55,439 nt of DNA from Octopus sinensis (taxonomy: Eukaryota): NCBI RefSeq assembly GCF_006345805.1, contig NW_021833769.1, positions 1 to 55,439 of the forward strand, read 5' to 3'. The position numbers and the translations under genes were made by a program. Under the pieces are notes generated by a model. The model worked only from the letters and a program-made list of their open reading frames with translations. It was not told the DNA's origin and did not search any database. Of the stretch, positions 12,339 through 23,614 are shown piece after piece. Each line of letters begins with the position of its first letter. The stretch's first letter is position 1.

Positions 12339-14099
12339 TATATAATATATATATATATATAATATATATATATATTATATATACATGTATATATGTGTAT
12401 GTGTGTGTGTGTGTGTTTGTGTCGTGTGATGTATTATAGCATTGGGGTTTCTGAAAAAAAAAATAGTAACGCTACAATAGAAACGTTTAGATAATTATAT
12501 TCTATCAGTTTCTTTTTCAATGTGGTATGTTTTTCGATGATGTTTGCCAATTTCCCCTTTTTTTATCAAGCATCTCACAACCTAAGTTATTCTCCGCACT
12601 GAAAAATACATTCACGGCGTTGGTTGTTTTAAAATTTGAATAGGGTTTAAGTGTTTTATAAAGGCCGACTATACTCATTGTCTGCTTCTGGCTATATTTC
12701 CAAAGATAATGCTAGTTATGAATTCTGAAGTTTTCTCAACTTTGTATTAGACTTGTTTCAAATTTTTTAAATAAATAATTCGATTACATAAGATGTATAC
12801 GAATACATCATATATAAGGTATTCTGTGCAGAACGATATATCTTTTTAGTTGCGTTTTATTTCCAATAGCAACATCCCACAATAGCACAAATTTTTCTTC
12901 AGTTATATAATAGACGATATGTTCATTTATTGAACGACCATTTAACATATTGTTTTTAAACATAAACTAATAATTCCGATTGCATTTTGTAAGCATATTT
13001 TCATGGATTTGACTTTGTAAAAATCTTAATAATCACCGAAATACTGCAATACTACACAACGTAGTGAGTGTGGACTTAGAACCAAAACCAGTTTAGTTTA
13101 CGAAGACAAATGTATCTAACTTTAGCGAAGATGAGTTTGAAAGGTCCTACACTACTTGAAGATTTCAAATAACATAACATCAGAGCGTATTAAATCTCCG
13201 AGTTGATTTAAGTTTGCATTGATTTCTACGGAGAAAAACCTCGCATGAATAATTAAACTTATGGCGGCTTATTGCACTTGTTCGTCATAGCAGATTAGGA
13301 TTAGTAGCTCGGTAATATTTTATGCATGTGGTCTTTCAGTTTGAAGCTGGAGAATAAGCACATTCTCAGCACGACTAAAGACTGAGTGTAGGCAGCTGAA
13401 TAAAGAAGTTCACGCGAAATGTAAGTGTCACTGTGAACAAGTGTGTTTCTATATAATAACACATTGGACGTTGCTAACAGAAGAATTGGTGGAACGAAGG
13501 TGCATAAGTGCAGAGTATAATAAGAAATAATCAATGGAGCATACGATAGGAGATGCCACCTTAAGAAAGTGGCCTCTACCACCTTAAGACATCGTTATGA
13601 AAGTGAACCTTTATTTGCCCGAAACAGGTGAAAGGGCCATAATTAGACATAGGCGGCATAGTGGCTTAGTGGTTAGTGTAGTGGATAAAACTGTTCACAT
13701 AATGTATTTCCACTCTCTTTGCTCAGAGTTCAAATCGTACATAATCTTCTTTGCTTGTCATTCTTTAGGGAAATACAAGAAAAAGCTACCGATCCAGGGT
13801 GGTAAAGTAGCGGAACTGTAAAAAATGTCCGACTGGACTACTTGAGTTATTTGTACTTGGTCATAACATTCTGAGTTCAAATCCCGCAATAGCCTATTTA
13901 AAAGCTAGATTAATCTAGTGGACAGGTTTAATTACAGAAACCCGGCATCTTAGCTGTCTTAACCGGAGTTCATTCCATTGAAGGCATTTGATTAGGCGTC
14001 TAATTTGTGTTTAACACCAGGAATCTATCACAAATGTCCTGCAAACTTGTTATAAACAATGCTCTCCCCGTCACTAAAACATAAAAAGAAAAATTAGAT

Positions 14100-14710
14100 A
14101 TCCTTTTCTACTCTAGGCACAAGGCCCGAAATTTTGGGGGAGGAAGCCAGTCAATTAGATCGACCCCAGTACGTAACTGGTATTTCTTTTATGGACTCCG
14201 AAAGGCAAGGTCGACCTCAACGGAATTTGAACTCAGAACGTAATGACAGACGAAATAGCGCTAAGCATTTCGCCTAGCGTGCCAACGTTTCTTATTTCCT
14301 TATTGCCCACAAAGAGCTAAACATATAGGGGACAAACAAGGACAGACAAAGAGATTCAGTCGATTAGATCGAACCCAGGGCGTAACTGGTACTTAATTTA
14401 TCGATCTCGAAAGGACGAAAGGCAAAGTCTACCTTGGCGGAATTTGAACTCAGAACTTAACGGCAGACGAAATACCTATTTCTTTACTACCCACAAGGGG
14501 CTAAACACAGAGAGGAGTAAAGAAGTAGAGGCAAACGGATTAAGTCGATTACTTCGACTCCAGTGCGTAACTGGTACTTATTTAATCGACCCCAAAAAGA
14601 TGAAAGGCAAAGTCGACCTCGGCGGAATTCGAACTCAGAAGGCAGCGGCGGACGAAATACCACAAAGCATTCCGCTCGGCGTGCTAACGTTTCTGCCAGC
14701 TCACCGCCTT
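14100..14710 (-). mobile_element. Family A SINE head-to-tail trimer
   Basis: Three ~185-bp units; a full tRNA-like head only at 14710. Internal units restart inside the head. Confidence 0.85.
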
Positions 14711-15404
14711 AGGAAAATAAGACATGATTATAAGCTGAAGTATATATTTATTGTTTGTAATAATTGCACGTTAGTAGAAGGTGCAACTGTATTTGAAGTT
14801 GTTGACAAAGCTTAAATACATATAGAGTATATAAACAATTACTTGGTGGGAGTGGCAGCTTTTCTTTCCATATGGGTTGGGCAGATCTTTAAGTTTTGCT
14901 ATGCGGCTCAAAATGGAATAAATACAGTAAACTCTTGTCTCTAAAAGCCTTACCTCCCTTGTTATGACCAGCTGCTTCATTACAAGACTAAAGTGCTGAA
15001 GGTACATTTTAACATCAGAAAATGTTATCAGTAGGGAAATTTGCAAATACACTTGTAAATGAATTTCTTTTTATTGTATGCAAACTTGAATTCTAATGAA
15101 ACACAAAACTCTCATCTCTTAAACAATATTACACGACTGCAGCTGATTTTCTTATCAGCAACACTCACGTCTCAGAAGCCATAAGTTCTGCAAATACACA
15201 ATGATTTAGATTAGATATAAAGTGTATACAGCTAAAGATATTAATTAAAATATTCAATATTTATTGGAGTTCTAAAATTCCCATAGTCGCTTACCGTGTG
15301 CCCCACAGTCAGTCAGCATCATCAGCGTAAGCTTCATTATTAGATATCGCATTTGAATTACACATACAGTAGAACACCAACTTATTTCTATATGATTTCC
15401 ATTG

Positions 15405-15815
15405 AAGTGGCTGCGTGGTAAGTAGCTTGCTTACCAACCACATGTTTCTGGGTTCAGTCCCACTGCGTGGCACCTTGGGCGTGTGTCTTCTTCTATAGCC
15501 TCGGACCGACCAAAGCCTTGTGAGTGGATTTGGTAGACGGAAACTGAAAGGAGCCCGTAGTATATATGTATATATATATATGTATGTATGTGTATATGTT
15601 TGTGTGTTTGTGTTTCTCCCCACAACATCGCTTGACAACCGATTGTGGTGTGTTTATGACCCCGTAACTTGGCGGTTTGGTAAAAGAGACCGATAGAGTA
15701 AGTACTAGGCCTAAAACGAATAAGTCCCGGGGTCGATTTGCTCGACTAAAGGTGGTGCTCCAGCATGGCCACAGTCAAATAACTGAAACAAGTAAAAGAG
15801 TAAAGAGTAAAAAGA
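15405..15815 (+). mobile_element. Family B tRNA-derived SINE, near full length
   Basis: Head GTGGCTGCGTGGTAAG...GGGTTCAGTCCCAC (A/B boxes), CORE-like caccttgggc..tgtcttct..tatagcctcgg, internal (TA)/(TG) tract, A-rich tail. Confidence 0.85.
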
Positions 15816-15829
15816 GTATAGAATTTCAT

Positions 15830-16057
15830 TCACGCGACTTAGCTCGATTTGAGGCTGCAAATGAAAGTACGAGGCAATGGTTCGTACGCAATGTTTCGAG
15901 TAGGAAGGGACCTTCAAAAGCGAAAGAACATCCCGGGAAGATCTGCCACGGTGCATCGAGAATTCATCCCCCAGGACCCGATCGTCAATCTAGAGTTCTT
16001 TTGTGAGATCTTGAAGCGTCTGAGCGGGGTGGACATTTGGCGAAAGTGACCAGATCT
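15830..16057 (+). pseudogene. Mariner transposase fragment
   Basis: VHREFIPQDPIVNLEFFCEILKRL...IWRK*PDL resembles the mariner catalytic-domain segment VHxEFxPxGxTVNxxFYxEVLxRLRxxIRxKRPxL. Confidence 0.7.
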
Positions 16058-16430
16058 TATTTCTTTACTGCCCACAAGGGACTACACACAGAGGGAACAA
16101 ACAAGGAAAGGCGAACGGATTTATTCGATTATATAGACCACAGTGCGTAACTGGTACTTATTTAATCGACCCCGAAAGGAAGAAATGCAAAGTTGACCTC
16201 GGCGGAATTTGAACTCAGAACATAGCCAGACGAAATATCTATTTCTTTACTACCCACAAGGGGCTAAACACAGATATGACAAACAAGGACAGACAAACGG
16301 ATTAAGTCGATTTTATCGACCCCAGTGCGTAACTGGTACTTAATTTATCGACCCCGAAAGGATGAACGGCAAAGTCGACCTCGGCGGAATTTGAAATCAG
16401 AACGTAACTGCAGACGAAATACCGCAAGCA
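16057..16430 (-). mobile_element. Family A SINE dimer (head truncated)
   Basis: Two ~182-bp units joined at aaagaaatag/atatttcgtc. Confidence 0.85.
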
Positions 16431-16702
16431 ATGTCTTCCCCATAACTTCAAACTAATTTTGATTTTTATAAAATGTAACAAAAAATTGCAACTTGTGAAA
16501 CTTCACACGTAGCATGAAATAGTATAAGAATATCGTTTATCGTTTATACAGAAGTGTTACCGAGTAGGTTTTAGGATATTATTTCACATGAAATATATTC
16601 TCGGAAGTTATACAGATCTACAAAAAAAAAAAGAAAGAATAAAATTTAAGATTTTTTTTAGTGAATCTAGATGCTTACGATAAATTTTCAATCCATTATT
16701 TC

Positions 16703-16704
<2 letters not shown>

Positions 16705-16800
<96 letters not shown>

Positions 16801-16803
16801 CTA

Positions 16804-16881
<78 letters not shown>

Positions 16882-16890
16882 TATATACTC
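16705..16890. repeat. (TATC)n-(TC)n-(TA)n microsatellite
   Basis: Direct reading. Confidence 0.95.
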
Positions 16891-18556
16891 TGTTTCCATT
16901 ATACTCTATAATGGAAACTCGATGTAAACCGCAGCCTACGGATATATCTCCTGAGCGTGACTTTATTTACTTACCACAGGATGGAGTACCACAAATTATA
17001 ATAACCACTTTAAAATGAAGTCCTTGCCTTTACTTACCATGTCTATTACATTATCTTACTTCATTTCTATTTTTCCTATTTTCTTCTATCTTATCTTAGT
17101 TTCCCTTCTCTGTGATTCTAACTGAGTTTCCCGCATGTTAGTTCCCTAACATTTGTACTTTCTGAAGAAGCCTTCAGGCTCAACCTTTATCCAATCTCTG
17201 CCTAACGTTTGTTCGTCCCTCTATATCGCTGCAGGGATGAGGATGACTTGGAAAATTGCGAGACATCATCGTAGAAACGGCCGTAAGTGATGTGTATCTG
17301 TACACTCATCTATTATTATTCATTCAACATATGTGAGTGTTTATGTTTGTGTGCGTAATATATTTAATTATATAATGCAGATTTTGAACTCATGGTTTGT
17401 GGGAGCGCGTAACCATCTCTTAGTCACTGTTATTGCTAACTCTACTTTGACCCGGAATAGCAGCACCCTTCAGGATGGTTTATATAGGATTTAATAACTT
17501 GAGCCAGGACCAATAGCAGTAGACGTTGAGCGAATTAACAGATAGCAAACTGTCAAAGGTGGGGGGGGGGCTCAGTCAGCTCAGATATCGAACTACTGCA
17601 ATAATCTAGATGAAATATTTCATCAAGCGAAAGACCAAAGTAGCAAAAACCCAGGCCAGATATTCATGCTTCATTGCTCGATCAGAATGTCTGGCTCGGA
17701 CAGGCTACATTGGTCCAGGCAAATCTCTCAGCCTGAATGGAAGGATATTGTTGTGACCAAACGTTTGGAATATAGGTCTATAAATTAGAATTTTTATATT
17801 AAATGCTCAAAGTTACACTTAATTTTTTTATAGGGCTATAAGGTTTCGGTTGCAAAAAAGCCAGCGTTCGGAAAACTTACAGATTTAATGAGCCAGCCGT
17901 CAACCGCGAGTGAGTATAGCTTTCTAACATATGCCATGATTTCGATAGTTGTTATAGGTACCTATGTGGTTGTGAATAGATATAAACACCGTTTCGACAC
18001 TCTCGTCATTTGAGCCAAGTGCACATCTAGGAAGTAACAGATGAGGTGGGATAGATAAAACTATACATGCATTCAGCTGGTACTCATCTTTAGTGGAGTG
18101 GAGTATCGTGAAATATATTGCCTTCCTAAAAACCTTTATGTCAGTTCAGTACCTGAACCCACGCCATTATGATTGTGAGCTGAACTGCCTATTCACTGCG
18201 AAACTTCACAAGTCATTAAATTTACCATGGAAACTGCTATTATCTCTGCAGCTGTGGTTTGTTTGGTCACGCTATCTAGTGAACTGGACCTGGATATGAC
18301 TCATTTTCAATATGATTTTGGTTCTTTATTGAATGTTGCCTGGGGGAATAACAAGTAATGCAATAGGTAACCTTATCTTGAGTTAGAAGAAGCAAAAAGA
18401 ATTTAGTTAATGTTACTATATTATTTCTGCTGAACAACTCAAATAAAGAGTCAAATATTTTGTCATTTTTAACACGCACACACACACACAACCCACCCAC
18501 AATAGACACACACAACACAAATACATACACACACACGTATATGTATACAGGCACAC

Positions 18557-18648
<92 letters not shown>

Positions 18649-19449
18649 TGTGTGTGTTTGCGTTTGTGTGTGTTTTTTGTATATGTGTATATATGTATAT
18701 TTCAACTTTTTATCATGCTTTTAGAATTTTATAGAATCAGAGTCAAAGAAATATATAAAAGCTAGAAACCCGCTGTTATTATTATTTTTTTACTTCAGAT
18801 TTCGTTTCTTTCTTTTGAAGCGTAGGATTTCATTGTCATTTTTGTTCCAAGAAATGCTTTTCTCTATATTGCGTTTATCTTTGTGAAACAATATTTCTGT
18901 CTTGTCAATGTGCATTCCTTGAATTACGCAACTCTGGGATTTAGCACAACAGCAGAAAATCAGATTTTATCGGATTTTGCAAGCTTTTTATTATTTTCGG
19001 TCAATCAATATATACATGTGTTGCATGCAAGTACACAAACACTTAACGCCTACATACGCACACATGCATTCATGCACATGCACACATATACGCATACAGT
19101 CACACGTACACAAATGCAGTCACATGATCTTGATACTGGTTGAGCTCTTGTCTGTTGTTGTTGTTTAGCCACAGGCCGTCTCTTATTGAGAGAATTACGT
19201 CCGAATACTTTCTCACGATAAGCATCCCATTCTTTTTTCAGTTATTACGTACATGAGACAACCTTGAGATCTTTTGCTCTTTTTAAGACTGTAGATTCTT
19301 TTTGAGAGCGATTTGGCTGTTATTTGTAGAAGTTCTGTTTAAAATGTATATTCTTCCTCGTAGACGCATCATGTATCGTTTTACACGATGATCGTTCCAG
19401 TTATTTATTGAACAGAAATACACAAACCTTAAAAATATAAGCCACGCTT

Positions 19450-20800
19450 GTGGCAGTAGAGACCCCCGGCGTCATTGACCATCCGGAATACATCTCTGCT
19501 GAGATGGCTATAAGAAAGAGTGCTGTGACTAGGGGTGGCTTTTCCTGTGCGTCTCACTCACCAACCTCCGGTGCAACGCCTTCTCTGTTTTGTGTGGGGC
19601 TGACTGATCAATCTGCATTGCTATTCAGGTAAGGTTTGCACCTATCTAATACTTGTTGCAGCCATACGTGGCACTTTCTTTCAACGATCGTTGATGAATG
19701 ATGAAAATAAGGAACTGTGTGTCCCATAGCAACACAAGTCTCTTCAGTTAATGCTTTGACAGAATCAGTCTTATTCTCAGTCACTATCCGGGCGTATTAA
19801 CATACAGCCTATATATTACTAGGGTGTTTGTGTTTGAGTATTCCACAGACAACCTGCACTACTAACGCTAATTTCTAGCTCAATCAGCGGGAGAAAAATA
19901 ATAATTTGTTAAAAATTGATATTCTGTCGAACACCAGCGATTACATAGTTTATCTTGGCTATTTTCACCCCGTAATTCCATGGATCAGTGACAATTTCTG
20001 TTACAATCCGAGTGCCGCTGCATCACCGGAACATCGAAAATAAGTCATGTTATAAGAGATCTTTGATAAAGTATGACTTCAAAATATTCTTTATTTGTCT
20101 ATGACACAAATGCAGCCTCTTTATTTATGGAAGACATCCACGACTTCAGCCTATTCTTTATCCATTTATGCCGCACAGCTCTAACGTAATCATTATTTTA
20201 AATGACCGAATGTAACATTAGGCTCGTGTTTTTTGTAGCTTAAGCCAACGCACATAATTTCTCGAGTTAAACCGTGTTGCTATTTCATTAAACTCAAGTC
20301 AGACGACTTATGCCAGATGGCTCATGCAGATCAGTGCCTAAAGGCACTCCAACCGCGATAATCACGTCTTTTGTCGGTCTGTTACTGCATTTTTCTCAAT
20401 ACGATCTGTCTTCGACAAAATAGCGTACGATTGAGGAATATTTGGTTGATCTATCTAGCAGCCGCTTACTAATAAGTCAGATCGCAGAGTTGTTAGTTTT
20501 GATTTCACGCTGGTAATTTTAAGATGCATTTATCTAACCAAGTTCTTCAGCGCATCATTCTTAGTTTCAGACATTCGGAGGAACATTTAGCTATTGATTC
20601 TAGACGGCTAAACCTCAGTGGAAAGAATTTCTTCTCAAATTTCTTTTGTTGTTTCAAGTTATTTGCGAAGATTCTCGTATATCTACCCACAAATACTGGC
20701 GTGTTTTCATTTGCCTTATGTCAAGAACCGTTCATGGGAATTAATATTATGATATTGCAAATAGCCCCTAAACACGCCATACCTCTTTACAAGCTCTAAT
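19450..20800 (-). pseudogene. Highly degenerate Ty3/Gypsy pol relic
   Basis: Minus-strand fragments in RT-RNaseH-integrase order: KEVWRV*GL, SKRLLDRSTKYSSIVR, ARIVTENK..LTEETCVAMG..PYFHHSSTIVER, ISAEMYSG. Many stops and frameshifts. Confidence 0.45.
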
Positions 20801-21779
20801 GTGAAAATAATTAAAAGAGAATTAATTAATATATTGCAATTAATTAAATTTATGTTTGTATGTTTTCATTTAATAATTAATTATTGAATATTGCTCAGAT
20901 TAATTACAGCTATAGTTTAAACATTGCCTTTTAAATGTAAGTTCTAATATATCTTTGTATGTAGAAGTATGAGCATGGTTGTATGTTTCTTGTTGTTTTA
21001 GTCTCTGGCCATACATTCTGCAGCCTCTGGTTCCCAGACATTCTGATTCTTCAATCTGAAACATCTGTTCATATAACTGTGACAGCGGTTACTCTCTGGT
21101 CGGTTCGACTGTCATGTCCACTCGGATATTTTCCCTTATTTCTCATATCTCTTCCTCTGGTGCGTCTCATATTTTTTTTCATTGATAATACAGACACCAA
21201 CCACTTCGGCTAGCCCTTCTCCATCCTGTACATTTTTACTCCTCGGGGTTATTTCCGTGCACATGTTTTTCTTGCAACCGTCGTCCCTAAAGAAATAAAG
21301 GAGAGCTTTGAGCGAGACCGCAGGGCGTGCAAAACAGCATGCATAGCAACTTGCATAGCAACGTGCAAAGCATCTGTTTCTGGATACAAACTGAAACAGA
21401 GAAAACAACAAAAAACAAAAAGAGAAAAAGCGATGAAAATTTTATCAAAGCTTTAGAATAATCTCGGTAGAGTAAAACTCGCCATATCTCATTTTAGGCT
21501 CCATCATATAAAGGAAAAGAAAAGGAAACATATTTCATATATACCAATTAGTAGTATTCACGGTTTTATCATTTTTATTAATTAACGATTTCAATATTAA
21601 TCACCATAAAATCATAATCATTATAACATCATAAAATTAAAATGCAACTTAAATTAACGGGTACAATATATGTATACAAATGTTCACCAGTGTGAAATAT
21701 CTGAATGTATGTATACATCTTGTTGTTTAGCATCATCTCTTCTCTTCCATGGATATATAGCTGACAACAAATCTCATAC

Positions 21780-22830
21780 GAACGACTGAAATGTAATTAG
21801 TTGGCCATAGTCTATCCAGGAATATAGCACCCAATGCTCACTTTGGAGTTTCTTGCCTTGAAGTAGGTTCATCTGGGGGCCCGGGCAGCTGAGGTTAGTT
21901 TGTTTCTTAAAAACCATCTACACCCTACTCCTCAAGATATCTCAGATATTTTGGCAATAGCTGTGTATCATTGAATCGAAGCTATTTTAGTTCGCTACCT
22001 TCATTTCCGATGGTATGGGTGAAACCTTTGGAACAGCACAGTGACGTAGATTTCGGGCGTTGGTATAACACTTGATGCCAAAGTTTGGTGTCAACCCCTC
22101 TAAACCCCTCTATGTTCATCCATATGTATATCAACCCTCATTTGTCTCATCTTCGATCCAGAGAGTAGACTCGTAGCTCTTATAGTCTCTCCCAGCTGCT
22201 CAGCTGGTCCATTCATGCGATCTTCGAGTGTAGCACCGCTGAGCGGCCCAAAGTTTCGCTATTACTTTGACACTGTGAGGTGACCACAGTTGATAGCAGT
22301 AGTCTAGACGACTGAGGACGAATATCCTCCACAGTACCAACGTAGTTTACTTATTCTGAAAGTTCTCAGAATCCACCCGACCATTCGCCTGCACATTATC
22401 ACCATGTTGATATCTATATGAAATGTTGTGTGCAGTTGCACAAACCAATCCTCAGATTACTCTCTATTCTAGACTTTGGGACTGCCACTTCTTTTTGTCC
22501 GAAATATTCTTTTGTGCCGCAAGCTGGTGGACAAACGGAAGGCTTGAAATGTTCTGGCATTAAATTGCATGTTGTTTTCTTCAGCCATTTATGTATAGCA
22601 TCTAGATTGTTCTATAGAATATTAATGTCGACTTTTTCCTTGACTGATTTTGACTAATTTTGGCATAATTTATAATTATGGTTGTCTGTACAACTGATAT
22701 ATCCACAGGCGCCTCCACGACAGATTCGTGAAGCACACCACTCACTATTACTATCTCCTTGGAGAGAAACCCATTGCCTGCCACAATCAGAATTCTGTCT
22801 GTTAAAAAAGCATACAACCACTCTCTAAGA
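21780..22830 (-). pseudogene. CR1/L2-group LINE reverse-transcriptase 3' relic
   Basis: WLYAFLTDR..V..NG.LS.E....SGV, AEENNMQFN, GWILRTF, FVLSRLDYCYQLWSPH, ERL*ELRVYSL.RR. Confidence 0.8.
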
Positions 22831-22962
22831 TTTCCGATTCTGCCGAGTCTTCGTAGCTTGTGACGTATTATCTCGTAGTCTAAAAATAAAGGTCGACAAA
22901 TATTGTCGCAGCTGGAATATCTTTTTTCAGAGGCAGTGCGTCCACCTCTTTGTTGTTTTGAT

Positions 22963-23437
22963 TTGCACGAGTCTTACGAGAGTTCTCTTCGATGAATGTC
23001 CGAAGCGCTCGGTTACTTCAGTGTAGAAAAAACAAGATAAAAATGAAACAGAAAAACAGTGTTCAAATCGAACCTCAATGACATATGTTCAAAAGCTATG
23101 GAAAAACATATGACTGGGAACTGAATGAAAAGATCAAACTGGTAGTAATGTATTTGATAGTGTCATTAAACCGTATCACCACGAAACAGTGAAATGAACT
23201 CTTGCACGAGTCCTACTGGAGTTCTCTTCGATGAATGTCCGAAGCGCTCGGTATCTTTAGTATAGGAAAAAACACGACAAAACAGTAAAAGAAAAACAGT
23301 GTTCAAAGCGAATCTCGCTGGTTTGCGTTCCAAAGCTATGAAATAACACGTGACTTGGAACCGAAAGAAAAGATCAAGATGGTAGTAATTTATTTGAATG
23401 TGTCATTAAACGACCACGAAACAGTGAAATGAACTCT
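22963..23437. repeat. Diverged 239-bp tandem duplication with two identical internal blocks
   Basis: Units 22963-23201 and 23202-23437. Identical 34-mer at 22980-23013 and 23219-23252; identical 24-mer at 23179-23202 and 23414-23437. Confidence 0.9.
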
Positions 23438-23549
23438 GGCAATATGTATAAGAGAGTAAGAGGAACAAAGAAACGATGACAGTAACAGAAATATCAAGAG
23501 CAACCACTGCCTCAACAGTGACAAATGACAATAACATCAGGATGACAAC

Positions 23550-23614
23550 CCACGGAAATACCCGGTGAAATGTCTCGGCAGAATCGAAACACTTCACTTC
23601 GGGTATTTCCGTGG
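23550..23614. other. 65-nt hairpin / palindrome
   Basis: 15-bp perfect outer stem ccacggaaatacccg/cgggtatttccgtgg, extended by further pairs to a 7-nt loop. Confidence 0.85.

Noticed and set aside
13340-13420. Plus-strand 81-nt segment with tctttcag acceptor and gtaagt donor
   Set aside because: Stop codons in all three frames and no partner exons; not supportable as coding.
17162-17185. CUGAAGA-AGCC(UUCA)GGCU hammerhead half
   Set aside because: GAAA, stem III and stem I are missing.
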